NCBI RefSeq assembly: GCF_964355755.1
Contig: NC_092671.1
Location: forward strand, 8,432,001-8,496,000
From: Antedon mediterranea
Taxonomy: Eukaryota > Animalia > Echinodermata
DNA length: 64,000 nt
Direction of reading: 5' to 3'
Part shown: one piece after another, positions 50,261-62,010 of the stretch
How positions within the stretch are numbered: position 1 is the first letter of the stretch
Layout: every line of letters begins with the position of its first letter
The notes under the pieces: model-generated
Database searches by the model: none
What the model saw: the letters and a program-made list of their open reading frames with translations, nothing else
Told to the model about the DNA's origin: nothing
Made by a program: the position numbers and the translations under genes

Positions 50261-52514
50261 TTGCATCTTCATGGTTTAAAACGATTACAAAAAATACAAA
50301 ATCATCACAATTTTAATTACATCAATCTTTTTATTTGATCACTTTAAAGAAGAGAGGAGAAATAAATACACGGTTCACTGTCTTATTTACAATATTTACA
50401 AAAGTTTACATAATTAATGCGTTGACAATACGAATAATGTAAGATCATCTAATGTATAATATCAAGTTTAAAAATGGTATAGGCTATAGAAAAAGCTACC
50501 TCACGGCAAAACGGTTATCTATTCTGACGAACGGAGGTAATTGATGTTTTATGTGAATACAAAAACATTGAATTTAATATTGTTACGGTTGTACGCGTGG
50601 TAAAATTAATTATAAGTCACAATAAATATGTTATAATTTTATGAAATATAGAATTCATTTGAATATAATTATTATTGTATTAATTATATTCTCAAATACC
50701 ATACACATCGGATAATGAACGTTATACTGACAATAGGTAACAAGGCTCTATAAAAGAATCAAATAGGAATTTTTACCGAAGTATTTTATATAAATTGCCA
50801 TACTCTTAAGATAAAATGACGGTTCCTAGAGAGTACAAAATATAAACATTGAATTTAAAGAAAGGCTGATTTAATTATCGGTATTTTGCCATTGGCATGG
50901 TCAGATAAACTTAATGTTAATAATACCAGCAGGTATAAAGGGAAGAAACATTCGTGGTACAGACCTACCAAGTACACCATACCCCTAAAGCCATATTTTT
51001 TGCGTTTTGAATCTTGTGACCTTGATAAAGCGGAACATTGGGGACTAAACAGATACCGCTTACCATAAAACTAGTGGAAATTAATAGGAAATTGAGTATC
51101 AATATACAATTTCCATATCACACCAACCAATTATAAAGCATTAATTTTACACACATTCGCAAGTTTCGTTTTATTTTATCCGATGTTCTAAATGTAGGCC
51201 TATGCAATGAATTATTCATTTATGCTAATATCTCATAAATATTCATACCTAAAGTTGGCACGAGTTGAGGTATCAGTAATTCCTTAATTGTATAATAATA
51301 ATACTTATTTTCAAATAAGAATTTTAAGTAATAATTTCGGAAATAGATTGATACATATTTTACGCTATATACAATTAAATATACGAAAGGACTTTACAAC
51401 TTAGTACTGAATTAAGAACCTACCACTAATTCTAAAGTGAAAGATAAATATCGATAGAACAATTCATTTAATATCTTCAAAATTACAAAATGGTACTCCG
51501 GACGTACAGTTATAATCATTCCATAAGAGCATTACGATACTGTAGTATTTTTTATTAAATTTGCATAGGTTCGTTTATACTATTTAATTAATCATTTTAT
51601 TTGTTTGTCTCAAAATTATACTAAGAATTCAAGAAATACTTTATTCAAATCTTACCCGTGTTACCAATTACAACGTCGTTAAAACATTTAAAAGCATTCT
51701 TTAAAACTAACATTTTTCTAAGGAAGGTCACATTAAATACCTTTTAATGAGTTATTGAATTAAAATCACTGTGTTCACTAATTACGTATCGACATGGCTT
51801 ATTTTTAAGGACATTTTAGAGATTATTTTTAAGGACTTTTTTTTAGCAAAGAGCCAACTCTAAATGTATACTAGCTGATGTCAAGATAAGATCGATATCA
51901 GAACTACAATTTACTGGCAAATTTACCTATTTAGTCTCTTTGATAGCTTTCATAAGTTTCATATTTTGTAAACTATGCTAACTATAAAAATCGTCAACTT
52001 TACTATAAATATGCCTAAAACTTACTGTTTAATTTGCTGGTTTGAATCTTAATAAAATCTTTCCTTTTGAATGATCTTAATTTGGGCCTACAATTTTGAA
52101 TTAGAAAATGTAACATTCATGCCACTGTAACAACAACAAAATAACCGAAGTCTATTTTTCTAACATTAAATGTTTTACTCCTCTGTGATTTTGTTGTTTG
52201 TTCAGGCATAATACAAATTCATTATTAATACGAAGTTTCCTATAAAGGTGTTCTTATTTTGTATATAAATAAGTAGCGGATTATGAATTTATTCTGTAAA
52301 CAATTCCTGTAAATCTATACATCTATTGGTAAGTTTTATTTCTTCTTCATTCTTTTTTAAACAAACACTTGTTTCTAGTTATGTTACATACTAAATGTTC
52401 AACAGTACTGTTTTACAGTACTGTTTCTATATCTACAATAAATAACACTACTTTCAAAAGCTTACTAAACCTCCATCAGCAATAGTTGCATCAAGAAGTA
52501 CATTACCATGTGCT

Positions 52515-52965
52515 ACATTTTTGTACTAGACCTAGTGTATTTTCTTAATATTTTCGTGAAAAAATGTATTTTCGTACTTTTTTCGTACAACTGTATTTTC
52601 GTACTTTTTTGTACATCTGCATTTTCGTACCTTTTTCTTACAAGTTTCGTAGCATTTTCGTACTGCTGTATTTCGTACTGCTGTATTTCGTACTGTACAG
52701 TATGTTCGTATTTTGTTTCCATTAACTATAATATGGATCTCCGTCCTCAAGGATTTTCATATATTCAAGGATTTTAAATTTTGTTGACATGGGATAATAG
52801 GTTTTCAATCTAAATTAATTATTGAGTTTAGTTCTCAGTTTATTGGCCTTCTCGGAGCTATAATTATGTTGTATCTTTATCAAGTATCTACAACAGGCAC
52901 ATTTTCGTACTAGATCTAGCCTACTGTATTTTCTTAATATTTTCGTAAAACTGTATTTTCGTACA
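52515..52965. repeat. TGTATTTTCGTAC tandem repeats plus a duplicated block
   Basis: Many (T/G)TATTTTCGTAC units lie at 52560-52710, and the 52515-52580 block recurs at about 52898-52965. Confidence 0.8.
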
Positions 52966-53443
52966 AGTCACTAGGTAAAATATTAGTAGGCTTAACAACA
53001 ATAAAAATAATAATAATATTATGTAGTAAATTAATAAAATTCCATTTTTACACACATGATAGAAATATAATTAATATACAAAAATGACAAAGAATATGAT
53101 ACATTAATGGGAACCAAATATTGCATTTAAATATTTCGGGATTTTAAACTTTATGTCTCAATTGATACGGTACTGGTGCTCGTTCATTTGATACAGGAGT
53201 TATAATCCTTAATTCAGATTCAGAACGTGCAGAAATATACTCCTTCCATACAACGTTTGTTTGACTTTTTAATATAACATATATAAAAACAATCTTAATT
53301 GTACACATTCATAATGTTGGCAAATATACCCAGTTCTTTGTTGAATACTTAAACGTAAACAAATCTTAGCTGCTTTTAATTGTGTTATAATTAAATAACA
53401 TCATAATCTGGAACCATAAGTATTAGGAATTGAATGGTGGTTT

Positions 53444-53571
53444 TCAGCATACGCACATTCCATCGGCTGTTGCTTTCTTGGGTGATGTGATGGCTTTGCC
53501 TTTATTTGGAGTTATACTTTCAACAATAAGGGACAAACAGTCAAGACTTGATGTACTTGTACAATGGTATC
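53444..53571 (-). CDS. MyoD: MRF-b (second MyoD-family gene), terminal coding exon with canonical helix III (GYHCTSTSSLDCLSLIVESITPNKGKAITSPKKATADGMCVC*)
   Basis: Minus-strand acceptor ttattgttaattgcag|GA, phase 1. SSLDCLSLIVESIT is a near-perfect MRF helix III. The stop codon ends at 53444. Confidence 0.92.
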
Positions 53572-55675
53572 CTGCAATTAACAATAAATATAAATAATGT
53601 TTTAATAGCTTATCATTAACACTTTTGTATAAATGAGGGGCCAACCTACAATTGAATTATAATGTAATAAAGAATAAAGATCTGTTTCTGAACTATCGCA
53701 TAAAAGCAAAAATATGAATTTTATTATTTTTCAGGTCTAAATTATCATAGAATATAAAATCTTTCGATAAGCTAGCATATTGTTTAAAAAATTATTTAAA
53801 AAAAAAAAAACATTTTGTTTTAAATATTCTTTATTTTTTATTTATTCAACTTCTCACTAATGTACATTGGTGAAGGAAGCAAACACCTCTAAAACGGTCC
53901 AGTCCCAATTGCACAGTGGTTTTTGTGTCATAGAAGTAATAAAGTCAAAATATAGCGTATGACACTCGAATATACATTGTTAACATTTCTATAATCTATT
54001 TAGTTTGGGATATTACTAAATGCAATAATAATGAAACTTATTTTACAGGCAATAAATTGCATAATACAAGGCCGTAACTGTATTTTTATTTCTTAATTCA
54101 TTCTTATGATATTAAGTGGACAGAGGAAATAATCAAATGATAACTAATTTAAAATGTGCTATATTAATTTATTACAAGAAGGACGCGTTAATTTATACGT
54201 GAAAACAATGACAAAATATTTTAATTGAATTTAAGACGTCCTGGACGAAACAAAGTCAATGGTTACATAAAAATAGTCGTTAACTTTTTGCGCGAAATAA
54301 TCTTCTACACAAACAAACACCGAATGTGCGCGAAAGTTTTTGTTTTCTAATTATCATCTTATCTTTTCGATATAGCAATTTATTTCCAGATTTGCATGCA
54401 TCACAATGTCAATTATGATTTTATTTTGATCAACTGTAATTTACTTTATGGATGAACCAACATGGTTAAACATATTTTGTTGGAATAAGATGTATGAAAC
54501 TAAACTATCAGACAAAATTGAATTGAGTTACGAATCAGATAAATATCACTGTATCCATTGTTGAAGGATTACGATTAATGTAAGCCATAACATGTAACCA
54601 CGTCGAACCATACTGTACTAAACTAGGCCTACATTCGTATTTGATCTTCATATTTACGAGTGTTGTCTAAAAGTATTTTTATTACAATGAAATATGTAAA
54701 ACATTAAAAACGTCAAAGTTTACCGAATGGAATTGTAATGTTATTATTTCCAAATGAACATCCAGTGAGTAAAATGCGGTTCGTAAACTACATGTTTTAT
54801 GTTTCCATGGAAACATTTAACGGTTACGTATGTCTCTATACCCAAATTTGCATGCGCTTAATCAATCGACTATTGAGACATTATTACCAATACTTTTTAA
54901 GTGATTATCTATCCAATTTAATTAATTTAATTTCCTGAGAGTCTTCTTACGGTTTTCTCATTCAAGCACCCACAAAATAATTCATTACTGCATAAAACGT
55001 ATTTATGAGTATTTACTGGTCCATTGTGGTGTACATCTTGATCTTACAACCAACAAGGGAGTGATTTGGCGGCAAAACGTGGGGTGCTTAGACCGGCCTG
55101 GCGGCGCTTAGAATTTGTGATTGTCCCGCTAACCCCAATTGGCTAGTCATTACGAATGACAATAAAGAAAGTACTGGTATCTTTCGGTATTATTGGAACT
55201 GTATGATTAACATACCATCCGGATTGGCGTCTGTTTGTTTTGGGGCGGTTTTCGAAACGTTCTTAAAGAGCCATCAACGTCGTTTTGCGTTTAATGTTAG
55301 GCAAACTAATCATCTATCAATGTCAACATGTTTACCTGGCTATATATCCGTGCTTATCAAACCAAAGGCCATGATTTTTTTTTTAACTTCATGTGATTTT
55401 GTTTTGATAAAAGAATATGTAAACAGTTTAGGCAGAGACATCTGCAGTTAGAAAAATGTTGCAGATTGTCATCTGTGAATTGGCAGTCTGTTATTTATGA
55501 TTGTCAACAAGGGATTTACACCAATGGGACATGAACTTTTTAAACATAATTGTAATTGTAATGTACAAGGAAAAAATGAAAACATCGATGTTTGATTTAA
55601 GTGGTAAGGTGTGTGATGTATGAAGACGGAATCAAAGATCTAAGTGAATCGTCACAAACACGCACGCGCACGTAA

Positions 55676-55859
55676 AGCCTGTTTTTCCTGTCGACGTTAT
55701 TCGACGCTATCGTTAACAATAATCGGCGATCTTCTACGTAAACATTGAAATGTTAACGATTTACAGGAAAAGGTACCCGCTATCATTATCATTTCAACTT
55801 GATCGTTTACAAACGATCAACGACGATTGCGTAGAATAACGTCGACAGGAAAACAGGCT
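55676..55859. mobile_element. Harbinger-like MITE in MRF-b intron 2
   Basis: TIRs AGCCTGTTTT(T)CCTGTCGACGTTATTC / GAATAACGTCGACAGGAAAACAGGCT, with a TAA TSD on both sides. Confidence 0.8.
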
Positions 55860-56176
55860 TAAGTTACACGCTGCTACTGCGACACGGTGAATCGACTAAA
55901 TACTCAGTAACAATAAGAACGAAAATATCAAAATAAGTTATTACCTCCGCCAAGGAGGTTATATTTTCTAATGTGAACCTACGAACCTAAAATATCGTAA
56001 CCGTCACATCAAGCAGGTACCACCAAAATGATGACGTCATGCCATGAATAATATCAAACGCTATATTATTAATAATGACGTATCCTACACTATAAGTGAC
56101 GTCAGAGAATCGTTCTAATGGTCCCCAAGTTATTAGACTCATTATACATTAGAAACATACATGTGATGGTGCTCAC

Positions 56177-56261
56177 CATAAGAGGATGCCACATCGTAAT
56201 TGTCTCCGTAATGATGTAATTTATCCGAAGATGAGTAAGAACCGGGACTACTGCTCTCTGT
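56177..56261 (-). CDS. MyoD: MRF-b coding exon 2 (85 nt, TESSSPGSYSSSDKLHHYGDNYDVASSY-)
   Basis: Minus-strand acceptor cttttcttctgaattacag| and donor G|gtgagc. The Ser/Tyr-rich frame is open, phase 0 to phase 1, and joins G+GA (Gly) in frame to the helix III exon. Exon 1 with the bHLH was not found in the window. Confidence 0.85.
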
Positions 56262-57299
56262 CTGTAATTCAGAAGAAAAGTACAATTATTAAAGTGGAAT
56301 ATAGACTTTACTATGGCATATATAAATACATACTATTAAAACATGATTATATGAATGCCCCTGTAGTTAGGATGAAATATAATGTACCTGGTAATTGTAC
56401 TGTATCTACACAGAGGACAGAAGAGAGAAGTACTTATTAAAACTTATAAATAGCTATAAATAGGACTTATAATAAAATTGTAAAATATCGATATTTAATA
56501 ATAGGTAAAATACCATTAATTTTAATTGACAAGACAGCATTGCCATACAGTGAAAATAATTATTAAAAGATGTTATAATTTCAATTTAATAATGAAAACA
56601 ACAGGATTTTAATAATACCTCATAAATACATTAGTGTATGATGACAGGTGCTAAACAGACCTCAATTATCCGATAATTATTTACAAAATTAATTATAAAT
56701 AATCATTTCTGTTGTTTAATTTGATTCCATGCATTTATCGCTGGAAACAAATTTGTGAGTTCACAAACGCCGTTTTATACACATGCGAAACTTTGAGGCA
56801 ATATATTTTCTATAACCATAAAATAATTCGTTCTCAAATGTTATCATTTATTTATATATTGAATCAATTGTATAAAATAGTTGCTTGAAATAATATATAC
56901 CGTATATCTAATACATTTGAACAAACATCCAATAAATACAATTTATTTTGTGGATTCGTATGATGCTTGCAACTGTTACAATAAAAGTAATAGTTAAACA
57001 ATAACAACGATTATCAATTTTCTCATTAAAAATTAACTACCTTAGTTATGAACATTACGTCATTTGTAAGAGTGACCATGAGTAAAATAAACTTGTCTTT
57101 AACAGGTGTTTCGCGAGTGAGTGTAAATTGAAGCCCGTGTGGACACACAGTTGTTCCTGGATATAGTCTTATCTTCCTCGCGATTTGACGAAAACTTCTT
57201 TAAACTTGGTTCAAACTAACGCAGTGGGGTACGCACAAGTAGGCCTACTGTATTGTAGACAACCTACTTGGGTCACGTTTAAGTCTTTGTGCTTCCTAG

Positions 57300-57640
57300 T
57301 GGGGACCAGGCTTTGAACAACACTTTTATATTAAGGAACACGAAAATGTTTATACAGTAAATAGTATCTGATGATACATTCATAATTCCGAGAATGGGAA
57401 AATATACCGGATAATAGGCCACAAAACGGATATCTGTATACAATAACGGTAAACTTATTAAGTTTTTTATGTCCCAACGAATACCGCAACTTTCCATTTT
57501 TGTTTCAAAGGTCTTCTTAAAAATCGTAAACAGAATTCAAAATCGAATTGGTTAAAACTATATTACCTTATTAATTTGATTTGATGTTGGCATATAAGCC
57601 CATAAACGCCAGACACATTGCTTCAAATCGTTGGAAAGTC
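57300..57640 (-). mobile_element. Possible degraded CR1/L2-type LINE reverse-transcriptase fragment
   Basis: The minus-strand peptide FKKTFET-KMESCGIRWDIKNLIS resembles the DFKKAFD...KL..YGIRG....I.S region of CR1/L2 RTs. It is heavily decayed. Confidence 0.35.
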
Positions 57641-60600
57641 TACCTGAATTATCACAAATACTACTGCTGTATAATATAGGGCATTTACAAAGGATTGCTT
57701 TATTTCAAGTGGCAAGATTTAAAAAACGATACAGTAGTTTTGAAATAATCACATAATCATATTTTACAACGAACTCTTTAACAGAAAACAATTAAATTTA
57801 AGCATTTACAAGACATGAATTTCCAACTAATAAAAGAACGCTTTAGTTAACAAGCTCCCTAGCCGTTAAGGGAATTCATTCAGTCGATGTGTAGTTAAAA
57901 ATCATATAAGTGAGATATTATCAACTTGAGCATGTTCAACTATTGGCCATTTTTACACAAGGTCTAAAGAAATATAATTTTACAATTTCCCGCGCGGCGA
58001 TTAAAATCAGACGAGACGAAGCATATGTCTGTGTTAATCGAAAGTGGTAAATCTATTTTATTTTCAATGTTTACTCAAAGGTCTTGTCAATTTGTAACTC
58101 AATTTCCATCAAGTCTAAAGGGGCAATAATGACCCGCCTGTATTTTTTCATAAGAGAAAATGTTTTAGAAATTTAAGATGTGATTTCTAATGCCTTATCA
58201 ACTTGATTCGAAACTAATTGGGCGAGTATTTACATAAACTGTAATCTAATTATGTTTGTAAATTGACTGAAGAATGGTAAATTAATTAATAAATTTTAAA
58301 CGTAATTATAATAATGTTAAACGATTGTTTGTTTTTTCATTATATTATATACATTATAATTGTAGGCCTATAATGTTTTTTCTGCGATCCAGGACAACAT
58401 ATTTAATTAATGTACAGAAGGCATTACTAACGGTTTGTTAATTGCGAATGTTTCAAAACAATCACTGTATACCGTAATGAAGAATGTCCTTGTATGTAAC
58501 CATGCAAAAAAGGTACCGAGGTCTGACGGGAAAATCCAATGCCAGACACAATTACCCTAATTATCCTTGTATAACGTACCTTGTGAAATGTCAAAGGAAG
58601 GCGTCACTATTTAAATAATTGCAAAAATTATAAATTTACTAATATCTGTGTTTCATTTTCCAGATGAGAAACATACGTTCTCAACAAAACCAGATTAATC
58701 TATTTTTAACAAAAATGTTCACAGTTTTCCAACATATTAGGATACTCTTTTATACAACTAATGATGTTTGTTTACAAAGATATCTAATAATAACCTTAAC
58801 ATACCTACTTCATTCATAAATTTGTTTATGCCGTATTTCAAAAAATATATCATCAGCTATGGAAGATTTATTTAAAGGAAATATTAAGTATTATTCGTAG
58901 AACTAAGATGACATAGGACTAATTTATATGTTTTAAATCCTGTCTTGCAACTATGTCTTGAACTTTCCGTCAGGAATGACGTCACCAGGCACAAAAGTAA
59001 GGTTTTAATCTCTTTAATTATTTTGAAATCCGATGAAACTTTTCACCATTTAGAAAGTTTGCGAAAGCATTATTACATTTTTTCCATGGAACAACTCAAC
59101 AATATCAGGGAAGAGTTAAGTAGGGCCCAATCAAATCAAAATTTTTTTTAACAGTAATGACCGTTCGTTAATTACTAAAGTCACTTTAATTGACATTTTT
59201 ATGAACTATTATGCTTATGCTATAATAAACAATGTAATAGATTTGATACTACTAATATAGTGTTTGGATTGTTGATTAGGACCTAATGACACTAAAGTAT
59301 TACCGTATTAGCTATCAGCCTTTTTCTTTTGTACGCTGCACTTCCTTCGTAGTATTTTATCGATATTCCTTGCATATACTATTATTACACCCCTTGATAC
59401 AAATCCAGACAAAATGAAATCCTGGATGCCGGGCTAGAACAAAGGAGTTGGGCCAAGTTGGTTGCGTGCATTACCTTCACGATCGACCGGGACGCGGACG
59501 TCGTTCACGAACCAAACCGTAAACATCCCGTTGTTGTAAGCCTAGAGTAGGCAATTGAAACAATCGATTTTCCGGTGTGTGCCAAAATAAGAAAAAAACA
59601 TCACCAGAGAGGGGTTAATGAACAGGTATGGTAAATTAGTATATTGTCGAAGTGACGCTAATTTCGTTGACTTATGGACGTCCTTAAACCACTTCCCTAT
59701 ACTCCAGGGAAGTCCGATAAGAAGCTTTAAAATGTGATCCTTTTTTAAACATTTTAATTGATTACTATAGGATTTAAAAATTGCAATCCATGAATCGGGG
59801 AATTGTGACGGGTGAGAGGTACATTTTACTTAGCACATGGTAAAGCAATCGGAAACCATGGTAATAAAGATGATTTAAGCCGCACTTTTGACAAACGTAT
59901 TATAGTTTTTGTGGTGGAACCCACTATGTTGCGTCACGTGCAATTTGAGCTAATGTTACTGTTACGCTGGTCTTGGGACTTTGGGAATAGGCTAAATAGT
60001 TAAATAAAATTACAATTTCATCAAATATTAAGAAATTAGCTTTAGTTACTGAAGAGAATATTTGAAGAGTTTATGACGACACTAACTTTTGGATTGCATT
60101 TTTTACTCACAATAAATATGCCTATCATCATAATATCTGTGCATGTTTCTAATGCCTTAGCTTACGGTATCTATAGTCTTGAAAAGTGAGGGGGGAATTC
60201 CCTAGAAAATAAGGAAATTTTAACAAATCGTATACTTACATAGACCCTGATAAAAAGTGTTAGATTGTTTTGTTAGGCTGTGAGAAAGTGAAGTACTTTG
60301 TCATCAACCACCATCTAAAACAGTGTGTGGAAAGTTAACATAAAATGGTTCTTTTGATATTTTACATTTCGGTTCCTAAACTATATGGTAACTTACAGTT
60401 TTCATAGGTTTCACAACAATAATAATGCTTATTGTTTCATGATTATTAGGCCTATCAGTAACTGTCGCATGTGTTAAAAGCATGACATTTGCATTTACAA
60501 TTTAATGAAAAGTTATGAATGGCCATAGAAAATTGTTTAAACATGCCATCAGAAGGCATAAACCAAATTACCTCTTCTGTCTTTTGTCAGTTTGGTGCAA

Positions 60601-61892
60601 TCATAATCAGCCATGTTAATTTAATAACACCAACTTCCTTGTGGAATATTGGCGCAAATTCTAAACTACAGATCCAGACGATAATCACAGTAGCACATGG
60701 AAGTTGCATCGACATTAAAGCGGCCAAAAAACAAAGAAAAGGAAAAAACGACTTCATATCAACTATTAATGTTCAGGATACAACATGATTGTTTTCAAAA
60801 TTTTAATGTAAAAACACTCGTTTAACTCTTAGAACTTAATCACCTTTGTTTTCCAATGTATAAACTCCTATTCTTGTTGAACAAGTTTAGATCAGAAAAG
60901 ACTTGACCAAAGTTAATGAAAGTCAAAGACCACTACAACTTTAGCCCACTTTAAACTAAAGTTCCAACTAAAAAAAAAAGTTAAACCTCTGACGTTCTGA
61001 TTACTCCTACAACCATATTCTAATAAAATAATCATTATATTAATATAGAAAAAATATAATTGAATTGAACCGATAACGTCACTATGAGTTAGTATGTGTA
61101 CACAATTTCAATGCTTGAACTTCAATGAAATCTTGGTGCGTCTCATTGAATGCATTATTTGTCATTTGATTTAAACGATGTAGATTTATTTATCCGTTGC
61201 CTGTTTTATACGAGGCCTCAGCCGCTTGTAGGATGTGTGGACGACATGTAAACACCAGCCCCTGCAATGAATTGGTTCCAAGGCCAGGCTCAGGAAACGA
61301 AGAATTTATTCAATTTTACAGTCAAGTAAGAAAACATTTATAAGGCTCAGTCATCGGGAATAAAAAAAAATATCTATTGATTTCCACGTGCGGGTCATTT
61401 ATGAGGTAGTAGTGTCATAAGGAATATGCTTGATATCAATCTGGTAAAAATAATGTGTTGAATAACTTTGAGCAAATTCTACCAGAATATATAAGGCATA
61501 TCTGATGCATTTCACACACACATGGTAATTTAACAAACATGCTTAATATGTTTCAAATAGTAGAAACGTGTTGAATTTTCCGAACAGGAAATACTTTTAC
61601 TCAACAGGCTCTCGAAAACTCAATAAACCGTAACGTAACAAGTATTAAACATCTATGGAAAAGTCTACACTCATCAGCTTCATGACACGATAAATCATAT
61701 CTTTTCAATTTTACTAGGTGTCTTTATATTGACAAGTATGTCATCGGTTTTTGCCTCCTAATCAACTGTAGTTTCCTGCTACACGTTGCTGAGTGGCCAG
61801 TTAACAACGCAGATCTTTTTTGAAGTGTTAAAAAGGAGGAAACAACCGAAGAAATTATAACTAATACAAAATATATTTATCAACTTACAACA

Positions 61893-62010
61893 AACAAGGC
61901 CTTATACGTGGCTGCAGTCGCGTGCTCAAATTTTAAATACGGTGTTCACCGACCAACCGACCGACATAGTGAGCTGTAGAGTCGCGTTGCACGCGACGCG
62001 ACGCGACTAG
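61893..62010 (-). mobile_element. Helentron/DINE-1-like short element, second copy
   Basis: Reverse-complement similarity to 8201-8316 across its whole length. Confidence 0.65.

Noticed and set aside
52508-52777. Three overlapping short ORFs
   Set aside because: They are an artefact of the TGTATTTTCGTAC repeats.
56186-56440. 84-aa plus-strand ORF
   Set aside because: It overlaps MRF-b exon 2 on the opposite strand and has no independent support.
60519-60788. 89-aa ORF or possible RT-like fragment on the opposite strand
   Set aside because: No convincing motif, splice structure or sustained frame.
61226-61250. TGTAGGATGTGTGGACGACA, resembling the LTR end TGTAAGGATGTGGACGACA
   Set aside because: The similarity does not extend further, and no PBS, PPT or TSD was found.
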